Shown here piece by piece: positions 24,689-36,664 of a DNA stretch of 64,000 nt. Location: the NCBI GenBank assembly GCA_052426225.1, contig JBNJNM010000012.1, positions 1,240,001-1,304,000 on the forward strand, given 5' to 3'. The position numbers and the translations under genes were made by a program. Numbering within the stretch: position 1 is the stretch's first letter; each line of letters starts with the position of its first letter. The notes beneath the pieces are model-generated. The model saw only the letters and a list, made by a program, of their open reading frames with translations, did no database searches and was not told the origin of the DNA. Source of the stretch: Zancudomyces culisetae HAW-14-8. Its lineage: Eukaryota > Fungi > Kickxellomycota.

Positions 24689-25740
24689 ATGCACTCCAAA
24701 GTAGTAAGTGTTATGACCATGCATACAAATCGTTGTATCTAGTATAAATCTGAAAAGTAAAGAGTAGAACAAAAACAGCTAACATATTCATACGAAAATA
24801 GGCAATCATAGGAAGCGGACCAGCAGGACACACCGCAGCGATCTACGCAGCTAGAGCAGATCTTGAGCCAACCATGTACGAAGGTATGCTCGCGGGTGGA
24901 ATAGCAGCAGGAGGACAGTTGACAACAACCACCGATGTCGAAAACTTCCCTGGCTTTCCGGATGGCGTCGAAGGAATGACGTTGACAGATAAATTCCGAC
25001 AACAATCCGAGAGATTTGGAACTAAAATCATAACTGAAACGATCGAAAAGGTAGATTTTTCAAGCAGGCCATTTAAGCTGTGGCGCGAGTATGTAGACGA
25101 ACCGGATACAGCCGATGTAGTTATCGTAGCTACAGGCGCAACTGCCAAAAGACTACACCCTAAAGGTGAGGATAAGTATTGGCAAAGAGGAATAAGCGCT
25201 TGTGCTGTATGCGATGGAGCAGTTCCAATTTTCAGAAACAAGGAGTTGTGTGTGGTAGGAGGAGGAGATTCAGCCTGTGAAGAGGCTATTTTCTTGACAA
25301 AGTACGCATCAATGGTCCACATGATAGTAAGACGTGACGTTCTTAGAGCATCAGATATCATGGCCAAGAAGGCACTAAGACACCCTAAAATCAACGTAAT
25401 TTGGAACTCAAACGTGGTTGAGGCTAAAGGAGATGGAAAGCTTTTAAATGCAGTGGCACTACACAATAGCTCTACAAACGAGACAAAAGATCTTCCAGTA
25501 AGCGGAATGTTCTATGGAATTGGCCATGTTCCAAACACTCAGTTCTTAGGAGGTCAAATAGACTGTGATTCTGAAGGATACATAGTTACCAAGTCAGGTA
25601 GTGCTACCGAAACAAACGTCGAAGGTGTTTTTGCTGCTGGTGACGTTTGTGATAAGAAGTATCGCCAGGCTATTACTGCTGCAGGAAGTGGTTGTATGGC
25701 TGCTATGGATGCAGCTAAATTCCTTGAGGATCAAGAGTAG
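24689..25740 (+). CDS. TRR1: Thioredoxin reductase (low-MW type); intron at 24704-24801
   Basis: MHSKV|[13 protein letters not shown] across a GTAAGT..GCTAAC..TAG intron; CAVC active site; GGGDSA; FAAGDV; [10 protein letters not shown]. Confidence 0.95.
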
Positions 25741-26306
25741 GTTTATTGGGGGGTTTTTTTTAAATAAATAAAAAAAAAACTTTTTTACTAAAATGCATCT
25801 AAAATATACACTTTTAGTAGTCCAGCTTTTATCACATCACGCATTTAAATAAATCTTCAGTAAATTTGACTAAGTTGCAATTTCCGATATGAAAAGCAAA
25901 GTGCTGAGTTGGATAAACTTCTCACTTACATAATTTGGAGCTCTGAGTGGTTTCTTTGTGAAATCCAAATTAAAATAACGGAGAGGGTTATATGGAACGT
26001 GATAAAAAAGTGGATTTACTTTGTTCATTGGAGAATAGTTTATTGTTTGTTTATGTAAAGCAAAATAAAATTAAAACAAGACTCCAAACACTAAACAACT
26101 AACCTGATGGGCTCTGTTTTCATCCTAATATCTCGAACCAATGAGTGTATGGAATAAAAGCAGTTGAAAAAGTCAAATGTTATCTTGTAGTAAGCGTAAA
26201 AGGATAAAACTTATGTGGATTAATTCCAGGTTTAAAGTCCCGCACTTTACCCTCTATCTTATATCAAGCTAATTAGAGAGTACCAAATGTTCATGTTATA
26301 GTGTTA

Positions 26307-27370
26307 GTTTCGGCAAAAAAAAAAAGCACCCACCATTACCGCAAAGGTGCCACACTACCACAGTTAGACAAAATCATTGGCGGTTCTTTTTTCCACTCTT
26401 TCGCAGCATTCAAAAACCAGAGTTCTTGCTTGCAAAACCTCCAGCTTTTCATTCGCGTTCTATCTTTTGCATGACGGCCCAGAAATTTGGGCCTTGGACA
26501 TTTTAATTTTAACTTGCTTTTTTCCGAGAACGAGGAATACACGCTTATCTAATTGCTTGATGTGGCTTTTTGATGCTTTATACAGTGTATTTGCTCGATA
26601 CCATTTTTAAAATAACACAATATCATTACTTTTCCATGCTTAGATAGTACACTCGTTTTGAAACACAAATAAAAAACCACCGCTATGTGGATGCTTTGTC
26701 ATTCTAAAGCAACCATTATGCTTGATTGGTATTGCCTCTTTTTAACAGGTTAAGTGTGTGTAAAATTCATTTTTGAGAAAAGACTGCAACATTGGACAAA
26801 AATGTAAGGGCACACAGCAAAACTACTTGCAGAGATACGAGCATAAATTAAAATGTTTTCAGAAGCTGTGGCTAGTAGCAAATATGTAAATGTGTTTATT
26901 TTTGTGTATATATGTGTATATACGTATGATTATGTGTGTGTATGTGTGTGTATGCAATTTGTATCATTTATGGCGCACTTCTTGGTGTTAATCCAGAGAT
27001 AAGCTTGTTACATATGATACAGAACAAATATATATAAACTAAAGGAAAATATGATGCAGAGGATTCTAGAAACAATTAAAATATTTTCAATCCATACTTT
27101 TCTAATACAAGATAGCGTGCTTCAAAGTATTTAGGCAAACATTATAGTGTATAATTAAATAAGTTACAAATCTCGGACTGGATTTATATACCATCAACCA
27201 CTACTAATAGTTACAAAAATTTGCAATCACAAACAAAAAAATGTACAAACATATATTAAACACACTGGCAGTTCTTGGCAGCTTGGCAGTTATTGGTGCT
27301 TCAAATGCAGGGTACGATCTCCTTGATCGTCAGAAACAAGTGCTTCATAAGAGACAGAATGCTCAGTCTG
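26307..27370 (+). repeat. 1064 bp direct repeat, copy 2
   Basis: Matches 2806-3869 at an offset of 23501 bp. Confidence 0.95.
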
Positions 27371-27873
27371 CCGTCAATTCAATGCTTAGTCAACCACTAG
27401 TTCCTACCCAGACAGGAATAGCTGTCTCTCCAACGTCACCACCTTATCAAAGAATAATAGGTAATGTATATATTTATCCAGGAAACGATACCGAGCCAAA
27501 CACCGTTGCACCAGCATTAATTCAATTGGCATTTATCAACACTATCCCAGGGCAAAGATATAGATATGTAACATACGAAAAGCTTCTTCCAGACCTGACA
27601 AAGTGTCAGGGATATGGAAATCCATTTAATCCACCAAACGCACCAAAAGTTAGCACTAATGCATGTATAGATAACTATGTGCCTGGGTGCCCTGAATCTT
27701 ATACAACGGGGTTGAGCGGTTACTTTACGACATCTTCAACCCAATTTGGATCAGTTGATACGCTGAATGGGTTTACATCATATAACGATTTTACAGATAT
27801 AGCTGAAAAGACGCTTATTGTGTACGATAGCGCAAACCGCATAGTTTATTGTGCGGGGTTAATTATCCAATAA
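27241..27873 (+). CDS. Secreted SOD5-like histidine-less protein, variant B
   Basis: The first 43 aa are identical to 3740-4369; the mature domain is diverged but keeps the same four Cys. Confidence 0.75.
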   Translation: MYKHILNTLAVLGSLAVIGASNAGYDLLDRQKQVLHKRQNAQSAVNSMLSQPLVPTQTGIAVSPTSPPYQRIIGNVYIYPGNDTEPNTVAPALIQLAFINTIPGQRYRYVTYEKLLPDLTKCQGYGNPFNPPNAPKVSTNACIDNYVPGCPESYTTGLSGYFTTSSTQFGSVDTLNGFTSYNDFTDIAEKTLIVYDSANRIVYCAGLIIQ

Positions 27874-29393
27874 TCGAGATATGTTTGTGTTATGGTTTAA
27901 TGTTTTTACTATTTGGATTACTACTCCATAGCAGTGATAGTATGAATACTTTTTAATCAGTTATAAAATAAATACAGCTAATAGTTTTAGACAGAATTTC
28001 TGAAACCATGTATATTCGAGTTTATGGTTGTAAAAAAATCTACGGTTGAGTCCCAAATTCAGGTATAGTAGCAGCCTCTACCTGCTTCAATTAAAGCAAA
28101 AATCGAGGCTGTGATACTACACACCAGCTTCTACTAAACCTGTATAACACCCAAGATAACTTTTAATGATTGAATATTTTTTAGAGCTTAAGCGACCAGT
28201 TCCGCAATTCTGTATAAAAAACATGACTAAAGATAGTAAGATTAGCCAAAGTATAAGTTTAATGATTTTTAGTCACATTAAAACTCATGAGTACAGTTTA
28301 TTTTGAACTTGTTAATTCTCACATTGACAAAAATAAAATAAAAAATATTGGTATATTATAGTAGATTTTTTATAAGCTTTGTACAAATATAAAGCAAAGG
28401 AAAAGCCGTAAGTGTAGACCTGGAAATATAAACTGCTTCAATAAGCTGTAGTATAAAAAAACAGAAAAGCCGTTATTAAGGTCTACAATATGCTTCACCA
28501 GGGCTACAACAACGACAACGGAATGGTTTGGTGCAGTGTTTAGCCACTCGCTATTGTTTCATAAACCTTGTTTATCTATTTTAGTCTTTATACATGACGA
28601 ACTGCTCCAAAAAGCTACCCAAGGATGATTTAATGTAACAAGTAAAAGCAAACACATAAACTTCACTATGATTTGCTATCGGGAAATATACTACTATTTT
28701 AGTTTTAAACCATTAGCGAGTTTAAGAGGCTAATGAAGTTCATACTATTGGTAATTTCAAGTATATAGGGCTCTTTAATACTGCGATCGTTCTTTTTCTT
28801 ATTGCTTTTGTATTATAAATAAGGCAACATATCCCTACCCAACTATAAAAAAGGGTCGAAATACGATAATAAGTAGCACTAGCTGAATTATCCATCATAT
28901 GAACAATGATCTAGTTAATAGTTCAAAGGTAGAGTGAAGGGGGATAGGAAATATGTGGTATAAGTATTCGGGATATGCTGTTAAAAGACATTTAAATCAA
29001 ATGTCATTTTCCGTACACTCATTAAGTTTTACCGGTGCATGGCTCAGGATATATAGGATAAGACATTTTACATTCAAAGTGTATTGTTCTAAATTATACT
29101 AATTAAATATCATAGCAAGCTTTAGTAGCAGATAATGGGACTAAACAAACCATTGAAATGCGTATATGATAGCATAAATCGGATATTGATTGTGAAATCA
29201 CAATAGATAACAATTTATAGCCGAAATACCAGAAAGAAACAAAAAATAAACGAGTAAAGGTCGCGATTGTATTAAAAAAAAGCGGAAAGAGAATAATAAC
29301 TAAAATTATAAACATTGCCAATAACAAGCTGGCTAAGATTAAATCTCTCAGAGATCAACATGTTAAACACACTAAAGCAGCAATAGTAAAAAA

Positions 29394-30632
29394 TTAATCG
29401 GTCTTGAGCTTTTCCCTAGGAACAGATACGACGAAACCAAGGTTTTTGTTTTGGTTTGCAGGAGTATTGGTACCGAAATCGAATTCAAATACTACCATGA
29501 TGTGGTTGAAAAGTTGGAAAAGGGCAAGTAGGGAATTTGACAAAAATAAGGCAACAACAAAATAGCCAAAATAAGTGTCGTCAGTGAAGAATATGGATGA
29601 TTCATAGAAAGGTGCAATCGAACTGAGTTTTGGAACAAACTTGTTTGTGAGGGTTCCGATACAGGCTACACGGGAAATGATCAAGACTACAAGTGAGACA
29701 CCGTAGGAAAGGACAGCTGGTACTTTGAAATTTAGAATGATAAGAATTGAGGCGAATGAGGTCACTATTTCGCTCAGATCCAAGTTGATGAGGAAAATGA
29801 TACCAAACACAAAGTTTCCGGAAAGATAGAAATATGCCGAGAGCACGAGGGAAACGCCCAGCTGAACGTAAGTAACGGTGGAATAGATTTGCTTTGGAGA
29901 TGAGATGGTAAGAATCCGGGTTAGTGTGTAGGCTATATATGCTATCATATAAATCTTGACAAAGAGGTGGAATTCATACTGGGAGAAATTTGACGAGGCA
30001 AAGATATCATCAAAGCTGTCAAAAGAGAGAGGGTATTGGGTAAACAGAATGTAAGCTCCGGCAACGACAAAGGCTAGTTTCGAAAACAATTGCCAAATGA
30101 TTTCTGTTAGGCAGTTTTGCAACATCAAAGAGAAGTTTGGGTTTTCGCCTTCTCCACTTGCAACGGTTGAGAACTTTCGAATTAGTGGTCTAAAGATGTA
30201 GACAGAAAAGATTCCACGAATAAAAAATGTATACGCGACGAACTGAATGATCAAGTTGTAATCAAATTTGCTGTACGTGTAAATATATTCTTCAACCTTG
30301 GTATAAATAAAAACGAATCCCGCTGTGATATCTTGATTGAGGAAGTATGCTGCTATTGTTGCGCAAAAGAATGCGGCAGAGATCCCAATAGATTCGAATT
30401 CGTTAACCGCATGAACCTCTTCTTCGGTTAGGTGTCTCCTCCTTTTCATTCTTTGAGCGATTTCCTCGCGTCTTTTTTTGTCTTCTTCGGTTTGTAATTC
30501 TGGGGGAATCAGGTTTTTATTTGCTACTCTACTTTGTTGCACAGGCTGTTGAGCCAGCTCTTGCTCTTGCTTCTGCTCCTGCTCCTGCCCCTGCTCTACC
30601 TTACGTTGCTTTTCTGCTGGCTTATCAGACAT
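29394..30632 (-). CDS. TLC (TRAM/LAG1/CLN8) domain ER membrane protein, TRAM-like
   Basis: Multiple TM helices, a Lag1-like segment 'YVQLGVSLVLSAYFYLSGNFVFGIIFLINLDLSEI', and a C-terminal KLKTD (KxKxx ER retrieval). Confidence 0.65.
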   Translation of the reverse strand: MSDKPAEKQRKVEQGQEQEQKQEQELAQQPVQQSRVANKNLIPPELQTEEDKKRREEIAQRMKRRRHLTEEEVHAVNEFESIGISAAFFCATIAAYFLNQDITAGFVFIYTKVEEYIYTYSKFDYNLIIQFVAYTFFIRGIFSVYIFRPLIRKFSTVASGEGENPNFSLMLQNCLTEIIWQLFSKLAFVVAGAYILFTQYPLSFDSFDDIFASSNFSQYEFHLFVKIYMIAYIAYTLTRILTISSPKQIYSTVTYVQLGVSLVLSAYFYLSGNFVFGIIFLINLDLSEIVTSFASILIILNFKVPAVLSYGVSLVVLIISRVACIGTLTNKFVPKLSSIAPFYESSIFFTDDTYFGYFVVALFLSNSLLALFQLFNHIMVVFEFDFGTNTPANQNKNLGFVVSVPREKLKTD

Positions 30633-31179
30633 TTTACAGTTAATAGTAGTGAAATTACAAAATCTATTACTTTTAGTAGAGTTTTTGGATTTGTATAAGT
30701 ATAACAGTGTTCTGCTTGGGTGGTTGTGTTCTTAATCATTGAAAAAAAAGGGGCTGAAACAATGATTTTGCCTGTTAGGGTTAATTAGGAGTTTTTGCAG
30801 AAATTTTTTTGTGAGTTTCCCACCCAATCCAATATCAACTATAACACCATCGCTTTTTTCTTTGGATTATGATTCGTGATATTTTTGAGAATTCAGATGG
30901 AAATTGATAGACTTGCAAATGGGAAAGCAGGAAAAAGTAGCAACAACAAAGACCAAAAACAATGCAAAAACGTGATCAGCCAATGGCAGACAAAGGTCAA
31001 TTTTATGTTATGTAATAAAATAATAAAAACTTTACATTAGTGCTGTAAAAAAGAAAAAAAGGAAACCAACGTAGCAGCAAATAAATAGCTTGGAAACAAA
31101 AGGAAATAAAACAATATGAATCCAGAGGGGATCAAATCAAATCAACTCAAATCAAATCGATCAAACTAAATTGACCAAA

Positions 31180-32841
31180 TCACAATAATTCAAACTTGGC
31201 AATATAGAAACCATCCATATTATTAGTGTGTGGATAAACCCGGCGAGTAAGAGACAGTGAAGAATCGAACTTTTTACCACGATAGCTGACAAATCCAGGA
31301 ACACCAACATCAGCAAGAGCATCTGGCTGGACCAGTCTGACCTTTTTCTTGAGTTTTTTAAGAATATAGTCGACAACAGCCTCATCTTCTTCCACAGTGA
31401 AAGAGCAGGTAGAGTATACAACCGTACCGCCAGGAGACTTGGCAGACTCAAGAGCAGAAAGCAGCAATTCACGTTGTAGGTGGGCCAATTTGTCAATATC
31501 GACTTGGGATTTGGAAGCCTTGATGGAATTATCCTTGGCGATAACACCAGTACCACTACAAGGAGCATCCAGAAGGACGCGGTCAAAGCCATGAGGCAGA
31601 ATACGTTTAAGTTCTCGCCCATCAAGGTTGGTCACGATGGTGTTGGTGATACCTAGACGATGGATATTAGCAACCAGTGATTTGAGACGAGATTTAGAGG
31701 CATCGTTTGCAACGACAAGGCCAGTGTTCTGCAGCATTGCAGAGATAAAAGTGGTTTTTCCACCAGGAGCAGCAGACATATCCAAGACGCGGTCGTTAGG
31801 TTGAGGATCTAAAGCAAGAACCGGCAAGAAACTGCTTGCTGCTTGAATCATATACATACCCGCCATGTATTCCATGGTTGCACCAATTGGAATAGAGCTT
31901 TCAAAGATACTCAGTCCTACTTTGTTCCACTTTCCTCCGAATACATCCAAATTTACACCCTTCTTGATCAGTCGCTCGGCAACCTCCTTTCGTTTGGCTT
32001 TTACCGTGTTTACTCGAATCGTCAGAGGTCTGCTTGCCTCGTTTGCTTCCAAGAACTCTATCACTTCATCAATTCGGAATTGTTCAATAACTTTGTTTGC
32101 CAAGTATTCGTTATACCCATATACCACCATAATATCCTTTTTCAGCTGCTCTAGATAATCTGCACGTGTCTTTCCCTCTTCTCGCAACTTTTGGAAATTA
32201 TTAAGAACAGTAATTATTTCCTGAATCCGATGCTGAGTACTTCGAAGATCGGTTTCTTCTCCTAACTCAAGCACTCTATCAACTTCTGGCATGTTGTCTG
32301 CTCCTTCCTTCAACTCTTTTTCTGCATCTTCTTGTATTTGCCCCTCTATTTTTTCCATTTTCTTGGATTTTTTCTCCATGTTTTTCCATGTTATTTGTTC
32401 AGAGTCGCTATCGGAATCCGAATATTCGTCTTCATCGTCTTCGCTATCTTCTTCTTCTTCTTCCTCCTCTTCTTCGTCTTCATCACCCTCTTCTAAATCA
32501 AACCTCATTTTCTTTGTTTTTCTGCCTTCCTCGACATCTATATCCTCATTTTCACTTTCATACTCTTCTTGAGAACTCTCTTCTTCTTCCTCGTCTTCTC
32601 CCTCTTCTGAATCATTGCTTTCTTCCTCCTCTTCCTCCTCTTGTTCCGATCCTACATCGTCGCTATCTTCAAACATTTCCTTCTCATTCTTCTTCTCTAA
32701 TCTGACTCCTTTGTTCTGTTTAACTTTTTTGTATGCTGCTGTTTCTATTTTTCTTCGTAGAACTTCAGTGTTTTTCCCCACTACCTTTTCAATTTCCAAA
32801 GGCAAAATACTACCCTGCTTATTCTTTGATCTTCTTCCCAT
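31180..32841 (-). CDS. NOP2: 25S rRNA cytosine-C5 methyltransferase Nop2
   Basis: MGRRSKNKQG N-terminus, acidic tract, LDMSAAPGGKTT, DRVLLDAPCSGTG, VYSTCS, YPHTNNMDGFYIAK. Confidence 0.95.
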   Translation of the reverse strand: MGRRSKNKQGSILPLEIEKVVGKNTEVLRRKIETAAYKKVKQNKGVRLEKKNEKEMFEDSDDVGSEQEEEEEEESNDSEEGEDEEEEESSQEEYESENEDIDVEEGRKTKKMRFDLEEGDEDEEEEEEEEEDSEDDEDEYSDSDSDSEQITWKNMEKKSKKMEKIEGQIQEDAEKELKEGADNMPEVDRVLELGEETDLRSTQHRIQEIITVLNNFQKLREEGKTRADYLEQLKKDIMVVYGYNEYLANKVIEQFRIDEVIEFLEANEASRPLTIRVNTVKAKRKEVAERLIKKGVNLDVFGGKWNKVGLSIFESSIPIGATMEYMAGMYMIQAASSFLPVLALDPQPNDRVLDMSAAPGGKTTFISAMLQNTGLVVANDASKSRLKSLVANIHRLGITNTIVTNLDGRELKRILPHGFDRVLLDAPCSGTGVIAKDNSIKASKSQVDIDKLAHLQRELLLSALESAKSPGGTVVYSTCSFTVEEDEAVVDYILKKLKKKVRLVQPDALADVGVPGFVSYRGKKFDSSLSLTRRVYPHTNNMDGFYIAKFELL

Positions 32842-32904
32842 TTTCGACTAAAGTATTATTTTCTAGTTTTTCTACCTGTTTCTAATTTATATTCTTTGTC
32901 TGTA

Positions 32905-33035
32905 CAATTGTAATTGAAAAACTTTTTTCTTGCTCTAGACTTTAGTACTCGAAAAAAAAATTTAACTATTTGAGCTAAAATGGTAAATCGAAAAATATGC
33001 GATTCAAGGAAAAAAAAATTTTTTTTTTTCATCAG
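32905..33035. promoter_or_regulatory. RRPE-like elements in the bidirectional NOP2/RRP1 promoter
   Basis: TGAAAAACTTTT (~32915), GAAAAAAAAATTT (~32951) and GAAAAAAAAATTTTTTTTTTTCA (~33010) resemble the yeast RRPE motif TGAAA(A/T)TTTT. Confidence 0.4.
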
Positions 33036-33224
33036 TACTTCATATACTCAAAAATAACCATTTTGTTGTTTTAACCACATTTGTATATATTTGAGGAAAC
33101 ATAAAGTATCAAAAAAATAAACAGAGTGCAATTAGTCCTAACCACTTTTTCATATTTCTTGATTTTTAATACAAAAGCAGGACAGAGAAAATTATAAGAA
33201 GTATTAATTAATCTTTTATTTAGA

Positions 33225-35036
33225 ATGTCCACGACAAAACACTCGAGCGAAACATCATTTGGCAAAAAATTGGCCCATGTTGGTAAATATAATTCTATTT
33301 AACTTGGAAACTAATAGATTTTAAAGTGTGAACAACGTTTGTTACATTACTTTTAGATTGGTTTAACATTTCAATGTATAAAAATTAAATAGACAAAGAA
33401 GTACGAGATGCGGCCATCGAAAAGTTGAGTCGGTATGTTGCAGCAAAGCCAAAATTCACTGAGCAAGACTTCCTAAAGCTGTGGAAAGGGATATATTACT
33501 GTAAGAGTCTTTTTGATACCAATGAAAATACAATGGGCGTTTAAATAAACGAAAAATACAAAAAAAGTAAAGCAATTTTGAGGCGGAGTATTTAGACTAG
33601 TTATTACGCAAATATAGGCTTTTGGTTGTCGGACAAACCGTTGGTTCAGCAAGAGCTGGCTACAAAATTAGCAGAAATAAGCTTGGTGGCAAACAGAAAC
33701 ATGGGAATGTTGTATATTCAAACTTTCTGGCAAACTGTGGCAAGGGAATGGATACAAGTAGATCGGCACCGAGTAGACAAATACTTGATGTTGATGAGAA
33801 GAGTTTTTTACTACACTTTTTTGACTTTGGATAAGTATGATTACCCACCAAAACTGATTAAAAGATTCCATACGATAATGAGACTATTTGTATTCCATCA
33901 TGCCAAAGTACCAGCATCAATTACTCTGCATGTTATCGATATTTACTATACTGAATTGAACAGGCTTATTGACCAAAAACGTGAAAGTACTGAGGAAGGT
34001 GAAAACAACACTGATATCTCCAAAGAAATTAATATTCCAGTGCATTTGTTGATCGATCCAATAGTCGAACTCTCAGTAAACACTAACAACAATATGATAT
34101 TCAACCGCATTAAAACTGAATTTTATGACGAAATAATGGGGGAAGACTCAGTATTTAAAAAAGATGTAATTACATGTCTTCAAAATCACTCTGATAATAT
34201 TCCTACAGATCCAAATGACTTGTCCCCCGACCACGAGTTTTATACAATTAATAAAAACAAATATAATCTATTTAAACAGTTTATTACTATTGAACAAAAC
34301 TCAAACAGTGCTGAAACTGTGACACGAAACTCTAAAACTTCTAAAACCTCCAAAACAGGCACGGACAAAGAAGGGAAAGAAAATAAAGAAAAGACTGAAA
34401 GACCGAAAAAACGAAAGACAAAGCTTCCTGAAATTATACCTCAGGAATCCACACTAATCTCATCTTCAGCCGAACCCGTAACGGGAGATGATGAAAATGT
34501 CGATCCCTTGACTGGTTTTGTAATTGCTCATAAATCAGGTACTCCCAAGAAACCAAAGCTATCATCACCTCCTGAACCTGTTACTCCCACGTCATCCGCA
34601 CCCGTTGAAACTGTAAATAGTACCAGTAGCAGCAAAAATCTCAAATGGGCCTTAGATAAAAACACTACAAAAAGTAAGCTCCTTTTCGTTGACTAGTTAA
34701 TCTGTTTTACAAACCTGAAAAACATTTATAATTGGCTATTGCTTATCATTTATTTGTAACTATTTCAAATTAGCTTTTAACAAAATGGTCCCCATCGCTC
34801 CAGTTGCTCCTTCAGTCAACTTTGAAGCTACTCCAAAACGATCGGCTCTTCGAAAGTCTTTGGATTCTCAATCACCTTCAGCTTCCAGCTCATCTAGATC
34901 TAAAAACTCCAAAAATTCCAAAATCGCTAAAAACGCCAAAAGCCCTAAGAACAACCTGTTGTTGAATACCCTAGCAAATAGTTATTCTGAAGCTATCGAT
35001 GATAACGACATCCTGTTAGCCAATATAAAAAACTGA
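33225..35036 (+). CDS. RRP1: Ribosomal RNA processing protein Rrp1/Nop52, 4 exons
   Basis: Spliced reading FGKKLAHV|DKEVRD..LKLWKGIYY|CFWLSDKPLVQQELA..FWQTVAREW..DRHRVDKYLML is the Nop52 signature; GT-AG introns. Confidence 0.9.
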
Positions 35037-36182
35037 TCATTTCCAAGATTATTACAATTTTCATTTATATTAGTAATGTACATTTCTATCCTGCGTAGCT
35101 TTCATTATTCACCAGATACGTGATTAGCGTGTGACCTCAAGGAATAAATAAACTTTAGTAATACTAGTTTACCAATATATTTTAACCCGTTTCTACTTGG
35201 GTAAATCGATTGATAGATCTATAAGAAAAAAATGAAAATAGAAACGAAGTTTAACCATAAAAATGAATCTTGGAGAATTACAATCCCTATATATAATATA
35301 TATTTTTCAGTTACATTTAATATAAATTTGAGATTGGTTTAGTGAGGAGACGTATAAATAATTCTATAATTTTGAATCTAATATCTATAATAAAAACAAT
35401 AATAGAATCAACAATCCAGAAGAAAATATGCAAGATTCTGTAAGTCCTTTATTCAATCTAGTATATATTCAGCAAACTAGGTCTATAAGTTTTTTATCTC
35501 TGGTTCTACATCTGATAATGTGTAAAAATGGTAACTAGGTATGACTGCCGTCAAATACTGTAGACTACAAGTCTTTTATTATTATTATCAGTAGTACCAA
35601 AACTGTCTTACCAATAAATACAAGTTTAGTAAAATACATATATTATTCTAAGGAATGCATTTTTTATAACCTCTTTTTAATATTATCAGCACAGCTGGTT
35701 TTTACTCAGAGATATTACCTTGCTTGCTATTTTAGAAAGTATGTTTAAATGGTTACTATTAGTATTATTATACAAAATTTTGATTTCTTTGTATTTTACT
35801 TACTAGAATAAGATTACAGAAGGTACACTTTTTAAAAAAATTGTTTTAAGCTTTACTCTATTTAATGTACACCATTTCCATGATAAAATTTTTACTAATT
35901 ATATACAAGTTAATCTATTACATCCTATCTTTAGCCATTTATTTAGAATAAAAATTAGCAACGGATATATATTTAAAATTCTACAAGTGTATCATAAAGT
36001 TAATATGCCAAAAAATCTATAAAAAATCTATAAAATAAATAGTACTATGAAAATACTTGTGGGTTTTCTGTCTTGTGTCCACTATACGGTACTTTTCAAT
36101 ACATTGTGCATATTTTTATACGGGTCATATAACTTGTACTATAAAAATATATGAAATATTATAAGATCGACGATCGAGTTAT

Positions 36183-36620
36183 TTTAAAATAACGGCTACA
36201 ACCTTATTTTTAAAGCGAACCAATTGCGAATTAAGCAAAAAATCGTCTCTCAATAAAAAAAAACGGAAATATAATGAAGAGCACTCTATATTAGTAAAAT
36301 TGAAATGCAAAACGATCAGTGAACATTAAAAGGGAGCGAACAGCAAAAATATGATTATGATTGATATAATATTTAATATCAAAATATAGTAAAAGTAGCT
36401 ATAAAAATTAAAACGACTAAAAAAACTAGCTACGTTATCGGAATTGATACTATTGACAGAACATTGTTACATAGGACACGTCCACCAACTTTGCTCAAAA
36501 ATCTACCAGATCGGATACAACATCTACTATATATTACACAACGTTAATGCAATTTTTCTAATCTGAATCAAAGTTAAATAGTTATAAACATTTGCTAGTT
36601 CCATTACTTAAAACACTACA
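36183..36620 (+). mobile_element. Degenerate solo LTR, family L (copy L4)
   Basis: Homologous to 37935-38372 (AACGGCTACA..AGCGAA.CAAT; GAGCG.ACA.C.AAA), same 438 bp length, ends ..CTACA. No clear TSD. Confidence 0.45.
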
Positions 36621-36664
36621 AAATTTCAATTAAGAGTACTTTATTGATTATTGAAATTTATTGG

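Noticed and set aside
24689-27873. Oxidative-defence cluster (TRR1 next to a SOD-like gene)
   Set aside because: The SOD-like protein lacks metal ligands and is secreted, while TRR1 is intracellular; adjacency is likely coincidental.
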